NCBI GenBank assembly: GCA_951406725.2
Contig: OX597821.1
Coordinates: forward strand, 31,124,001 to 31,188,000
DNA from: Octopus vulgaris
Taxonomy: Eukaryota
Reading direction: 5' to 3'
DNA: 64,000 bases
In this document: in pieces, positions 27,200 through 41,890 of the stretch
Numbering within the stretch: position 1 is the first letter of the stretch
Layout of the letters: each line of letters starts with the position of its first letter
Translations under genes and position numbers: made by a program
Notes under the pieces: generated by a model
Seen by the model: only the letters and a program-made list of their open reading frames with translations
What the model was told of the DNA's origin: nothing
Databases searched by the model: none

Positions 27200-28372
27200 G
27201 GATTCGATCTGATTGGGGTTTTAAAGGTTTTCGAGATGAACCACACACGCTTTAACAAGCATGCTTCATGTTAGCGAATGAAACAAACCAGTCTGTGGTA
27301 TCCAACGTATCCATCTCCAAGGAGACAGTATTAGGAAGTAGGGTGTCTCAGGGAAGTATCCTGCAACAGTTACTGCTTATGGTGGCTCTTTTGAACATTC
27401 CATCAGTTTAATGCACCTACCAGCTCTACCGACGACGCAAAAGTAGCACAGGCAGCCAAGGTGCCACTCGATACCACTCCTCTACAAAAAAACCTGGATG
27501 TCATAAATAAATTTGTTGAAGAAAACAACATGGAATTTAATGCAGGAAAATTTCAAGCGCTCCACTATATGCCAGCGGTTGCTAACATAGCACAAGAATG
27601 ATAATTTGAGCCAAAAGTTGAAGCAATACAAGATTCCGTTACAGTACGTGATCTACGTATTAATATGAGCAACAACGCCACATTCTACGGGTATATCCCT
27701 AAAATGCTGGCAAAGCTCAGGCAAGTGGCTTACTAGACACTGAGAACTCTCTGAACAAAAAGCTAGGAAACATACTGTTTCTGTGGAGGACATTTCTCAT
27801 TAGTTGTATGGACTACTAACCTCAACTGAGGTCACCACACAGTGTCAAATTAATAGCTTTGCTACATACAGAATACTGCAATGATCGAAAGTCTAGGCAA
27901 ATGGGAAAACGAAAAGCATTACAATTTTACCCAGTGGCCTGAAGACGGGAGAGATATAACGTATGGAATGACGTGGAGTGTTTGGGACTTAACTCTGGTG
28001 TCGAGAGGTGAGGTACACCAGCTCTGAACTGGACGTCAGAATATTGTTTGAAATGTTTCTGGAGCGCCATCTATAGTCATGACCAAGCGTCGCGTTAGCT
28101 TCATACTGAAGTACCTGGGCCTATTTGATGTTACGCCAAAACATCTGTGAGGTCTATATGGAAAAGGGGTAGAGGTTTCAAAAAAAACACCTTGGCCTTA
28201 TGGTGTCGGATCTCGAAGAGGAACCTACATCACGGCAAGAAATTCAAAACGGCAGAAACATCAAACGCTCTTCAAAGGCATATCCCGAAAGATTGGCTAT
28301 TGAAAATGTGACAAGACTGGCGGTCTCCCAGCAGGCGATAAACTTTTGGTTGAATGACATAAAAGAATAAAA

Positions 28373-28377
<5 letters not shown>
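27200..28377 (+). mobile_element. CR1-type LINE 3' portion (RT + 3' tail)
   Basis: QSVVSN..SRVSQGSILQQLL (GVPQGS position), STDDAKV (YADD position), LQKNLDVINKFVEENNMEFNAGKFQALHY, VRDLRINMSNNATF, LWRTFLISCMDY, RRERY. Ends in ...taaaagaataaaagaat. Confidence 0.88.
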
Positions 28378-28435
<58 letters not shown>

Positions 28436-28899
28436 TATGTATATATATATCAATACACACACATATATACATTCGTATATATACACACACACGCACTCAT
28501 TCTTCAATACATAGGCAAAATTGCATGCTTAATTAAATCTTAAATACATGTTCTTATAATATTCAATAAACATGTGTTAATTTTTACACGTGTACACTAA
28601 TATTCATGTTGCTTTGTATAGTTATATTTGTAATATCTTATAATAAAACATTTCATCGCAGACGCCTATAACTTTACGGCTCTATATTGAATCATTCTTC
28701 GATTACAAATATAACAACAAAATCATGAACTCATATTGATTCAAAGTAGCAGCATGACAATACAAATACTATTGGATCTGTGAAGGCAATGATATCATCT
28801 GTAACAATATTAGCCGGAACAACACAGTCAGAAGCAGCATGAATAACTTCATCAACAACAATTATACAAATGTTAATAAATGTATTAACAACAATAACC

Positions 28900-29518
<619 letters not shown>

Positions 29519-29981
29519 TTTTGCGCGGCAGGACACATATTCATTGTCTACGTATATAACACGTTCAATAGAAGTATATTTTAGTCTTTATTATGTAATT
29601 GCTTATTTCTCATTCGCTATATTATGTATTTATCCCCTTTGTATTATTTCATGTATGTGAACTAACACAATGAAATATTATATTTTATATTCCATCATCA
29701 ATATTCAATTATAGCAAAAGCTGAAGAAGCAATTGTATTTTTATCATCTCAACTATTCATTCTAGTTGATATTGTATATTCTATAACCAACGTTAATTTA
29801 CTGATATGAATACATGAAGACAAAAGAAATTGTTCCTGAGGAAATCCAGAAATACGAGGATTTCGTCTTAGGACGGTGTCTCAGTTAAACCTACGCATAC
29901 TTATATATATTTATATCTATATATATTTCGTTTTTGCATTTGGTTGGCAATATTCTGTATAAGAGTTCGTGTGTTGAAGCA

Positions 29982-30131
29982 TATCCTGTTGTGTCTGGGG
30001 AGAGTCATGTTCTTTTTGTGTCGTATAATGTTCTCACCGGTAAAATTTCCACGTATTTCTTATTTTACCGGCGAGTGGATTAAATAATAAGACACAAAAA
30101 GAAAGTGACTCGCACCAGACACAATAGAATA
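29982..30131. repeat. fold-back inverted repeat with ~65-70-bp arms
   Basis: tgttgtgtctggggagagtca..tctttttgtgtc..ctcaccggtaaaat / attttaccggcgag..gacacaaaaagaaagtgactcgcaccagacacaata. Confidence 0.88.
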
Positions 30132-30146
30132 CCTATATCTATATAT

Positions 30147-30179
<33 letters not shown>

Positions 30180-30252
30180 CTTTTTTTTTTCTTTCTAGTT
30201 TCAGCTCAGACCTGCTGCCATGCTGATGTACGGTACTGTTTTGGTACCATTT

Positions 30253-30392
30253 TTGGTACTTAATTTATCGACCCCAAAAGGATGAAAGGCAAAGTCGACC
30301 TCGGCGGAATTTGAACCCAGAACGTAACGGCAGACGAAATACGGCTACGTATTTCGCCCGGCGTGCTAACGTTTCTGCCAGCTCGCCGCCTT
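30253..30392 (-). mobile_element. SINE family A, head + core
   Basis: ggtacttaatttatcgaccccaaaaggatgaaaggcaaagtcgacctcggcggaatttgaac...ctgccagctcgccgcctt. Confidence 0.9.
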
Positions 30393-30423
30393 ACATATAT
30401 TTATATATATGTAAATTAATTAT

Positions 30424-30676
30424 CTCTTCGATTTGTTTCAGTCATTAGACTGCAGTCGGTTTCAATTACTTTGGTAGTCGAATGAAATTACCCCAGTGTT
30501 AATTCAATTATTTATTTTTAAGCCCGGTTCTTATTATATCGTTCTGTTTGCTGAACTGCTAAGGTGCGGGGATGTAATCTCACCAAAACCGGTTGTCGAG
30601 TGATAGTGGAGGACAAACACCACTCGAAAAACTCACACTAACACACACACACACACACACACTCACACCACGTGCA

Positions 30677-30710
<34 letters not shown>

Positions 30711-31020
30711 GAGTAAATGCGCGAAGTGGTGTTTACGTATTATCACAATTTAGGTTAGTCGAAATATGTTTGTCAACTCTGAACGAACTGTCAAAGTTTA
30801 TAGCTTTATATACAACTCAGCCAACATATCGACTGATTTGCGCTAGTCGAGAAAATAAAAATCGATGTCTCAGATTCCCGAGATAGGGCGATACTGAACA
30901 AACGGGGTGTTTTCACACCTTTATGCCATAACAGAGAATTTTTGCTCCCCGATAAGCGCAGTGCATTTGCCTTTAGCAGTTGCAATATATGACAACCATA
31001 TTTCATCTAACCTACATTGA

Positions 31021-31067
<47 letters not shown>

Positions 31068-31250
31068 GGTAAATATATAGATACACACATACATATGTAT
31101 GTATGTATATATACGACGGGCTTCTTTCAGTTCCCGTCTGCCAAATCCCCTCGTAACATTTTGGTTGCACCAAGGTTATAGTAGAAGACGCTTCCCCAAC
31201 TTGCCACTTAGCGAGACTGTGTTCCGGAAGCAAGTTTCTTACCACACAAC
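30424..31250 (-). mobile_element. SINE family B split at its internal microsatellite by a ~315-bp insert (30709-31022)
   Basis: The 3' half (30424-30620) and 5' half (31111-31250) are collinear with intact copies, and the insert has (TA)n on both sides. Confidence 0.75.
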
Positions 31251-34200
31251 ATATGTGCAAAATATATGCGTACATACATATACATGTATATGTGCGTGTG
31301 CGTGTGTCACTGTGTGAGTGGGAACTGAGACGGAGAATGGGAGAGGAAGACAGTTCAAGAGAAGGACGCGTAGAAAATATGTCACGGCACAAACTCTAAA
31401 GAAAGAAAAGAGTTGTATTTGACGTCGATATTGGTTAGTATGATGATCCGAAACACGGCCCACATACATGTATTCGTTACACAGTATTAATCGGTCCATA
31501 TTATTCGATGCCGAGATTTCCACAATTTTTATTACCACTGAAACTTAAAGTACCATTTGGAAAGTCTTGAAATCTCAAATTCCATATAATTATTTATCAG
31601 AAATTGTAGACAAAACTTCTGCAATGTTATTTTCTCTTTCAAATTTCTATCTACTAGAATAGTTTTCTTTTAATTCTTCTGTAATATGGCCGGAAAGGAA
31701 ATTTTATTACTTTGTGTTTAGTCTAATGATTGGGTATAAATTTTGAATCCAGTTCTGCTTCAGACATTGATGTAGTATTCATGAAAGATATTTTAATTTC
31801 TTTATCCTCTGTATTAGGTTTCACAATAAAGCAGAGAATAACGGTTCAAATCTAGGGAAAGATGTGCATTATTATTATTTCCCCCAGTTACATAATCCGT
31901 ACCTTCTCGTTCCAAAATATCACTTTATTATCAACATGATCATGATTATATTATCATCAATAAATTGACATCCCCACATTTTATGAAGACGTTATTATAT
32001 GGAGACGCCTATCACTAATTATATTCTTTTAAAATTCAAAGCCTGATTTCTCTCCATGCATGTTTCTTTCCTTTAGACAAAGCATTATATCGCGAGTACC
32101 AACTCATCAGCACTTGACAAAGTATCAAGTGGATCTAACACTTCGAAACAAGTATTAAAATAAAACAAAATGTCGCAAGTTATTGAACAACTAACCAAAT
32201 TAAAAGCGCTTTGAAATTGTGTTTAGGAAGACATGTACATGCAGGTACATGACTTAGATTCATATAAATCGTACACACACATATATAATAGTTGTAGGAA
32301 ATGAGTCACACGTGTATATGTATAGAAACATTTGTAAGACACGTAAGGTATGAGAAATTTACACTCGACTAAAATGTTAATGTAGGCACACACGGCGCAG
32401 AAAAGCGCACTGCCAAATACATCAAATATGACAACTAAATCATAAACAGAAAAATATATACAGAAAGTATAAGTAGTTTGTTGAATAAGAAGACTTTGAT
32501 GCACACGTTAGCAACCCTAAACACATGATGAAAAGTTTTATTTCATAAACCATTGCTACATTTTAAGACAAATTTGTAAATTTTCTTTTGATACAGACAA
32601 ATGTAACATGGTGGCACAGAAACAGAATTCAGTTCAATTTTAATAGTAAATTTTATTCGTAGTAATTTGTCGATGCTAACGATCATTTGGGTGGGTCTAA
32701 CTTGTTCCCTTTGTTCTATTTTTTTCATATTGAATACAAAGAGTGAAGGAAATAATGAAAGAGAATTGTAACTCTTGATTAGACATGTGCATAAAGGTAC
32801 ATATGTACGTTAATATTAGGGTAAAATCTCATTCATATGATGAATGAGGTGAAAATGTTTTCCTTCATGTATAGATTCCAATTGAAATTTTCACAATATT
32901 TGAGGTTTTCAAGTATAGCACGATGTTTTAAGACACTTGCCTCATTTCTCATTCATAGGTATGCCATGTGGCATTGATGATATAAATTAACCAATGGAGA
33001 AAGTTTCCACTAAATTTTCCCTTACGGAATATTTCATGTTCACTCTCATTAACAATTCCTTGTTAACACTCAACTTTGGACTCATTTAAATTATGTTCAG
33101 TTTGGTCCACATTTATAAACAAATACTTATTTCCGATTTTGTCATTAGTCGTGAGTACCATCCAGTTTATTTTAGTATATGCTCATATGTATGCAAACGT
33201 GTACCTAAAAAGTATTTTTATTTGTTTTAAGTGTTATGATGTGTGTAATTGAAATAAATGTTTGAAATGTCTTTTAGCAATGCTGGGGATAAGTTAAGTA
33301 AAATAGGTCATTGTTGTAGAAGAATTAAAACAAAGAGAAATGTTATTGTTTTACCTTATATGTGTTGTTCGATGCCCTACAACACAGTAAATAGCCTGCC
33401 GATAACGGTATATTTGCTCCAAATGTTTCTTTTAATTCTAAAGGGGTGCTTCTTTCGAATAATTATGGGAGTATGAAAAAAAGCTTTATAATAGAATGCA
33501 ATATCTTTTCACTTTGCTTTTCTTCCTCCACATCACCTTACATATTTTGCGTATCTCCTCCCACTCAGTGCTTATACCTACTTCAAGTATGTATGCGTGT
33601 ATGTTCATACGTAATTATGTATTTATATTTGTGTGGATGTATGTATGTATCTATGTGTATGCATATATAACTATGCAAATATAAGCAAGTACATATGCCT
33701 ATAATTGTATGGGTATAGATAACTGAAGAATATATATAACTTTTATTATAATTTAAACAATGTGTCAGAAATAATGATAATATTCATAAATGCTCTAGGT
33801 TTCATGCACCATTAACTATGAACTAAGACGTGTGACAAAGAACGAGTCGGAACAATATATCCTAACAGATGCCTCATTTTCCGCGAATGTCTCAATAGCT
33901 AATAGTATATATTCTGAAATTTATATATAAAACATTGATGGAGAGGAAATTATGAAATAAAATATCAAAGGGAACATTAATACACACAACAAACCAATCT
34001 GAAATAGGTGCGTAACTTGTAACATCTCCGTGCTGTAAACAGTACATTGATGACAATGAATAACTTTTCATACTGATGCATTTTCTGATGGATTTTCTTG
34101 AAGCATTTTTAAAGGAATGCATTAATATTCTATTTAACCGACACACAAAAACGAGTGCTGTCTTCAGAATAATTCATGAGTAATTACATTAACAAGAAAG

Positions 34201-35947
34201 GTTATAATACAATTTTACGAGAGTAATATATTTTTCTCACACGTAACGGTATTGTTTCAAAATATAATACCTTTAGCCTCAAGAAATGGTAATTATTATT
34301 CCCGAAAAATTTCATATATGTATATATGTGTGTGTGTGTGGTACATATATCTATATTTATGTATTGTTGAAACAACGTGATGTATGTACAATGCATTGCA
34401 TTATTTACAAAAGTGAAGATAATCTCATTTACATGTCAAATATGGGCGTTATGAAAATGTTTTATGCAGAATGGTTATTTAATCTTGTCGTGTATTGTTT
34501 TCTTTGATATTAGCAGTAGTATCTTCTGGGCAGAAGAATCACTGTTTCATGTAACTTAATCCCATATGCAAGTAACTGTTGACGCTGCTTAGTCAGAAAT
34601 TGTCGCCACATTCAATGTAAATTTACTACAATTTTTAATACAATTTTTCTGTTAGAATATCACTTCCCCCGCTTTTCTACCTTTCCTTTCATTAGATTTA
34701 GTAACTATTTTTCATACTCTATCGAATGAGATATGCAGTAATCATTTCATCCTCAACGAGAAGGACGATTCAAAGCTGAAACGTACGTTCCTTTTTATCA
34801 TTTTATTTATAATTTCTGATACGCTAAAATACCTAATATTTACAGATTGGTACTTATTTTACAGATATCAAAAAGGTATTAAGTTAAAATTGATATTTAC
34901 AGCATTGAAATCTAAAACATAAAGTTATTAATCTGTTAACGACTCAAAACTCATTGTAGATCATGATTTTAAGTACGAATTTAGTCTTGTTTTCTTTTTT
35001 CTGATTTATCACCGTTCTATACCTACGCGGAGATTCACACTAATCAAAACTAGTTTCACACTAATTATAATAAGCGTGTAGTACGCACGAAAAACATAGA
35101 GATAATTTCTCGGTTATTTCATTTCAACTTTGAGAAAATAAACATTCATTTAAATGCAATTATTGTGTATGAGATGTAATGATTCATGATATATTAACAA
35201 GGATAATAACAATATAAAATTACTAAAAATCGCGTGTTTAAGAACAAAGAAATAAGAATATATCATACATAGCTTTAGCCAGATTTAGCAGCTGGTTCTG
35301 AGTATGACAAAGAACTGAACTGGAATTCTATTCAAACTTTAACACTATAAATTGCAATGAAGAAAATATATAGAATATTTCTACGCTAATAACACTACAA
35401 AATAAGTAGATAAAAATTGAAATATTCAATTCTTTCGAAGCTATTGAGAGTAAGAAATTGCCATGAACTTCTTTTATTTTTGATATTAAAAACAAGCACA
35501 CAATTTTTTTTAATGATAAAATGAAAAATGTAAAACGATGTTAGCCTTATTTTAAATATCATTATAAATATCCTTATATAAATATCAATACATATGTTTT
35601 GAAGATAAATGTAATGCAAGAATTGAATAGCGAAAAGTAGCCTTCAAAGGGACTCATTTTAAAAGTTGTTTCATATTTAATACGTGTACTTAATACGTGT
35701 ACAACACATTTTCATCATTGAGGGATTAAAAGTGAACTAATCTACGGTGGTGAAGCACGCCAATAACAGACAAAATTAAAAGAATAAGATGTATGACTGA
35801 TAAAATCATAGATTGTCTAGAGAGAACATTTAGACATCATTCTGAAAAGTACGAAGATGTACGCTTTAAAATCTGGTGTAACAGCTTTCGTCGCTGTTTT
35901 AACAGTAATAATAACCTCTATCGTCACTAATAAATCGACATCATATT

Positions 35948-36365
35948 ACTCTTTGCTCTTTTACTTGTGTCAGTCATTTGACTGCAGCCATGCTAGAGCA
36001 CCGCCTTTAGTCGAGCAAATCGACCCCAGGACTTATTCTTTGTAAGCCTAGTACTTATTCTATCTGTCTCTTTTGCCGAACCACTAAGTTACGGAGACGT
36101 AAACACACTAGCAACCGTTGTCAAGCGATGTTATGGGGACACACACAGACACACAAACACACACATACACACAAACACACATATATACATATACATATAT
36201 ACGACGGGCTTCTTTCAGTTTCCGTCTACCAAATCCACTCACAAGGCTTTGGTCGGTCCGGGGCTATAGTAGAAGACACTTGCCCAAGGTACCACGCAGT
36301 GGGACTGAACCCGGAACCATGTGGTGGGTAAGCAAGCTACTTACCACACAGCCACTACTGCGCCT
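35948..36365 (-). mobile_element. SINE family B, full length
   Basis: Reverse complement of the 57934-58350 and 18755-19168 copies along its whole length. Confidence 0.92.
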
Positions 36366-37013
36366 ATTGTTGAAAGAATATAACGAAGGACAAGACGAAC
36401 ATCTTGAGGAATATGGTCACTGCCATCACCGTCACTAGCTCTATCACAATTAAAAGCAACCCTTTCTATAACGTCATCAGTCTCTTAATATTTCTGAACA
36501 ATTTCATGTTTACAATCCTCGCAGTATTTTGTTGTTTATTCTGGGCGGTCATAATCAACATCAACAGCAACAAAATCATCATGGATGTCATCACCACCAT
36601 CAACAAGCGCTCTTATCATCGTCGCCATCATTAAAATACCAGTATGTTCGAAATTATCAATATCTCGAAAAGAATAAAGTCACCACCATCAAAATCATCG
36701 CAAAAATAAAAGCCTCGTTGTCACCATAACCATCAACACCGCCATGACTAATACTACACCTATCCCCACCAATTTCACCATGTACTTAAAGCATCTCTAT
36801 AAATTTGATTGTTTGTCACATAGAAGGTGTTTAGATAAACTGTTAACTACAAGCAAACTAAATGCTGTATGACCCTTCAGAAATCCTATTGTAGTAGTGT
36901 CACAAGTAAAAGGGAATGGGTGTCTCATTCTAAAACAATGTTGAATCTATCTGATATGAACTTATAACCACTCGATCATAAATTCACAAGGAACACACTC
37001 ATACACTTACGTG

Positions 37014-37092
<79 letters not shown>

Positions 37093-37189
37093 ATGTGTGT
37101 GTGTGTGCACGTGTATCTCTGTGTGGTTATGCATGTGTATGTGTGTGTGAGTGTGTGTGTGTGTATGCATACTACAGTGTGGGAAGATT

Positions 37190-37950
37190 TTCTAGACCAG
37201 ATTCTTCAATGAGGTGCTGAAACACTGGGATATGCCATTCCCAGACACAGGCTGGTTTAAAGAGAATGATGCTGAAGTTCAGCGAATATTGACTGTAAAA
37301 CGCCATTCCCACAATGTATTGCTGCGCAGAGGCTTTGCGCTGAAATCTAGAACTTGCCCAAAAGAGCAATGTAAATAATACCGCGATTTAAACTATGCAA
37401 CGAACATCTATCATTGGCTCCTTAAATTCCAAAGCCCTCAATATATGAGGTAATGACATCAATAAGTATATTGGACCCTGGTAGGGCATCTGCGAATTGA
37501 TGGTAATTACACGAAGTTAATAGTTCAGTCTGGAGGGATGGTGCAATGCCTAAGGACTGGAAGGATGAAATTGTTCTTGCTGTCTATAAAGGAAAAGCAC
37601 GATGTGTGGTAACTACAGAGGTATTGCTCTACTAACAGCTGCTGGCAAGGTTCTGGAAAATCGTCTTACTCGCCTGAATGGGTGACTCGTAAATGATGTC
37701 CAATCTGAATCTCAATGTGTCTTCCAATCTGGCAGAGAGACAACAGATATGATTTTAACAGCAAAACAGATGCAGGCAAAGTGCTATGAGCAGAGTATGG
37801 ATCTTGTACTCATTGATTTAACGAACGCCGTTGATACTGTGAGTAGGGCTTCCTATGGAAAATTCTTAGCAAACTTCGATTTCCGTATCACACTCTAAAA
37901 TTAAATCATTTTATGATAGGATGAAGGCTTGAGTCATTGGTGATGTTGGT
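37190..37950 (+). mobile_element. RTE-clade LINE RT relic
   Basis: WFKENDAEVQRIL, VWRDGAMPKDWKDEIVLAVYKGK, CGNYRGIALLTAAGKVL, ESQCVFQSGRETTDMILTAKQMQAKCYEQ, IDLTNAVDTVSR, LWKILSKLRFP. Confidence 0.9.
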
Positions 37951-38027
37951 ATGTATAAAAGCAATTAAATAAAATAGTTAAATTCATAGAGCCGAACAAA
38001 ATGTGTGTATATATATATATATATATA

Positions 38028-38190
38028 GGAAAAGTTTACGAAAAAATAAAAGACGAAGACAGGTCGTGTATAAAACAAACAGATGTATTAGTATAACGCT
38101 CAGGAATAGAAAAAGTATTTTACGTTTCGAGCCTACGCTCTTTTACAGAAAGATACGCAGAAAAAAAACACAAGGAGAGGAACAAGGAGA
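38028..38190 (-). mobile_element. short (TA)n-anchored repeat H1 with hammerhead-like motif, copy 1
   Basis: Homologous to 48202-48390, 59809-59968 and 62373-62552. Minus strand reads tcttt-CTGTAAA-A-GAGC-gtag-GCTC-GAAACGTA-aaata. Confidence 0.85.
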
Positions 38191-39043
38191 TTGCACTCAC
38201 ATAAAAATGGGTCGGGGCAAAGATGTTGAATAGCAACCTCCTGCCTTGTTGACTATTTGCTAGATGTTTAGAAATACTTCACACATATTAGGGTGGGTTG
38301 TATACAATTGCATGAAAGACGAAATTGTGTCCAGAAAAATATATATTTAACAAATGCATATATTTACTTAAATATATTTTTGTTTCATTCTATTTGCTGT
38401 CTTTTTTGCGTTCTTAACTGCCATATTTCATCATATTAGTCTTTTAAATACTACGTTTCTTACTTCTCGTGCTCTTAAGAAAATGAATTACAGGAAAAAT
38501 GTTTCGTTTTATTTACTGCAAATTTATGTCCATTGTTAATTTCTCCCATTCATTTTCTTTCTCTCTCTCACTCTGTTTTATTATCCGTACATATGTATGC
38601 GTTCACACAGATACACACATACACACGCTCACATATGTTTGTATAAATACGCACTTATGTAGATACATATATTTATAGATTCCATTCTATGTACATACAC
38701 CTGCTGCATGCATATACACATACACACATGCACACAGCACACAGAGACACATACACACACATATATTAACCGTAGATGCGTATACATGTATTTCTATATG
38801 CATATATCTTTATATTACACATTTGTCTGGTTATATAAATTTACATATAAGTATCTGTTTCCCTAGGCATTGCCATATAGACACACATAACCGTACTTAG
38901 AACTGTTTATAGTATATGTTTGTTTATTTATATGTTTATTTCTAATTATAGCTATTTGTTTGTGTTGTATCTAATTTGTAATCTTAATGGTTTGTGAAAA
39001 AATATGAAATAATGAAGAAAGCTAGCTTTTAGTTAGCAAGTAC

Positions 39044-39094
<51 letters not shown>

Positions 39095-39127
39095 ATAAAT
39101 ACACACACACACACACGTATATATATA

Positions 39128-39162
<35 letters not shown>

Positions 39163-39378
39163 GTAATTTACCATCAAATGCATATCTTGAGGTATCAAAT
39201 TAATGTTTCATTTACCCACACCAATACCGATCTCTTCAGACCATCTACACTACCATATTAATATAGAGTTATTGCACACTGTGGGCACACCACGAGAGCT
39301 CCGGTAATTTATCTATTAGAAGTGTTTTTCCGGCATTAATATATGTATATATATGTGTGTGTGCATATGTTTATGCAC

Positions 39379-39440
<62 letters not shown>

Positions 39441-39516
39441 GTGCATATATATATGTGCATATATATATGCACACATATATATGTATATATGTGTGCGTGT
39501 GCATATGTATATGCAC

Positions 39517-39591
<75 letters not shown>

Positions 39592-39637
39592 TATACATAT
39601 GGACACACTTACAATGGCGCACATACAGATTTGTATG

Positions 39638-39680
<43 letters not shown>

Positions 39681-39914
39681 CCTCTCTCTCCCTCTCTCTG
39701 TAATTAAATCTAGCTATCTAAAAATGTGTACTTCTCAGTCTGGCGCGGACATGGCTGTGTGATTTAATAGTTTTCTTTCAAGCACGCAGTTGCCACTCCT
39801 CACCATAAGATTGTGTTTCTTACTGTAACATGGACGCATTAGGTTGTCACTCAGTAAAAGATGGAACAGAGATTTGGTTTCGGGAAATGTTCCTCCGTTA
39901 TAAAAAGGAGTTTC

Positions 39915-40217
39915 GGGTTAGTTTAGTCTGTTCTTTCTCGAGACATAAGGGCCGGTTTCCCAGTTTCTTTGGCATATATGTTCTCCACCTGGGCGGAACG
40001 CCGGTCCGTCGCAGGTGAACTACGAGATGCAGGAGGAAAGATTGAGAGAAAGTTGTGGCGAAAGAGTCAGCAGAAGTTCGCCATTACCTTCTGCCGGAGC
40101 CGCGTGGAGCTTAGGTGTTTCGCTCATAAACACACACATCGCCCGGTCTGAGACTCGAACCCGCCGTCCCTCGACCGCTAGTGCGCTGCTCTAACCACTA
40201 GGTCATGTGTCCCCACA
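39915..40217 (-). mobile_element. tRNA-derived SINE, full length (middle M2 + tail T1)
   Basis: Minus-strand head tgacctagtggttagagcagcg..gggttcgagtctc has A/B boxes. The tail ctgcgacggaccggcgttccgcccagg..gaaactgggaaaccggccc is shared with 57011-57270. Confidence 0.9.
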
Positions 40218-41890
40218 GGAGTTTCAGGTACAGTTCGTCGTTATAAAGAACAGAGAGGAAATGTCTGGGGCGGACGAAAATGATTCAAGGAAATGACATC
40301 AGTGTTTACATGTACCGCAAATGGAGCGATTTGGGGAAAGTGTTTTTTTAAGACAGGAGAGTGTAAACATTGCCGGTATATGGATGTGTCTGTGTTGCAG
40401 TATATGTTTGTGCTTGTGTGTTTGTGTCTATGTGGGTAATGCATGTTTAGAGTAGTGGCGTTACGGACATGTTAGAAGCAATTATTAGATATGAGGGTAA
40501 GATGTGAGGTGACAAGTGTGTGAGTATGTTTTTGCTGTCTGTGTGTAAGTATGTGTTCGTGTATCTACACGTATGAGAGTCTATCAGTGTGTGTGTGTAT
40601 TGATTTATGCGTATATCCGCGTGTTGGACAAATATTTTCTAACGTTCTCGAATATACATATTTTTTTCATAAATGTGTTATTTTGTTTTTGAAAAACTTT
40701 CATATTTTCAGTTTAATGTACACATATATATATGTTTTTATATCGGAGACATTTATGTCGTGGTAAATATTTGCTCAGTAACTATATTTTCGTGAATAAG
40801 TAATTGGAATGTTTACATAGGAAAACTGACTATAACAATGGTGTTTAACTAAACTGTGATAACGTTCACATTAATCTTCCTCATTTTTTGAATGAATGTT
40901 GTTTTCAAATATAATTAAATCTAAATTTTTATTATCTCAGTATTTCTCAAAATCTCTAGTATTTTTCTTCTATGTTAATTTCACCAGAGACAAAATTGTA
41001 TAAGATGTAATTATTAAATACGTTTTATCGCATTACGTTCACAAATGTCTAATTAAAAGATATTCCTGGTATTAAAACCTTAAATCACTGCGGGTATAAT
41101 TGCGTGCGTTCTCATAAATAATTTCATGGCTGGCCAATGTGTGGTATGTTGCAAGTTGTTTATCTGATAGACTAAATGAAGTTTCTGCTTTTCTCTTTCA
41201 TAGATGACTATCAAAATATTTCAGTTCCGGTGCATGTATTTATATGAGGACACGAATGTATAAATTTTAACATACCAAAATGTCTGTCATTAGTCGTAGT
41301 CACTGTGTTTGTATATTACTTTTGTTTATATCAAACTCTGCGTTTGTCAAAAACAGCCATATATTTTTCATTCGTTTTGAACCCATATTCGAATAATTTG
41401 ATTGGTATTTTAATTCTCTTCTGATAATCTTATGTATTTTCTGATCCGCCTTGTGCCTGGAGCATTCTGGTTTCGAGATATAAGAAGACAAATAGTATAT
41501 ATTGGGTGCATATAAGGTGCATATTGAGTGCAAATTCATCAAATCTACAAATTAATAATACGAGAAAACTTAATAAATAAGATTAGACGAAGAAAAAGGA
41601 CAACATGGAAGAAGATGGAAGATAAGAAAGAAGAGGTGGAGTTTAGGGAACAAAAGAAGGAAAAGAAAACATAAGAAAAACAAGAATAACATAAGGATGA
41701 AACACATCGTTTTAGTGAGTAATATTGACTGTAAAAACTAAATAAATGGCGTGTATACTTCTTTGTGTACATAGAAGACTGTTTTAAAATGCAAATGCTA
41801 GTATTAAAATTTTATGAAAATGCGAGTCAATGGCATATCATATATATAGTGGATTTTGTTGGAAGATAACACGTTGCTTTACTATACATA

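Noticed and set aside
36118-36438. Recurrent 'RRASFSFRLPNPLT..RGYSRRHLPK' peptide (also 18745, 31099, 57982)
   Set aside because: It is the antisense translation of SINE family B, not a gene family.
40140-40217. tRNA-like sequences with A/B boxes (also 23570, 46210, 57011)
   Set aside because: They are SINE heads followed by SINE bodies, with no intact acceptor stem.
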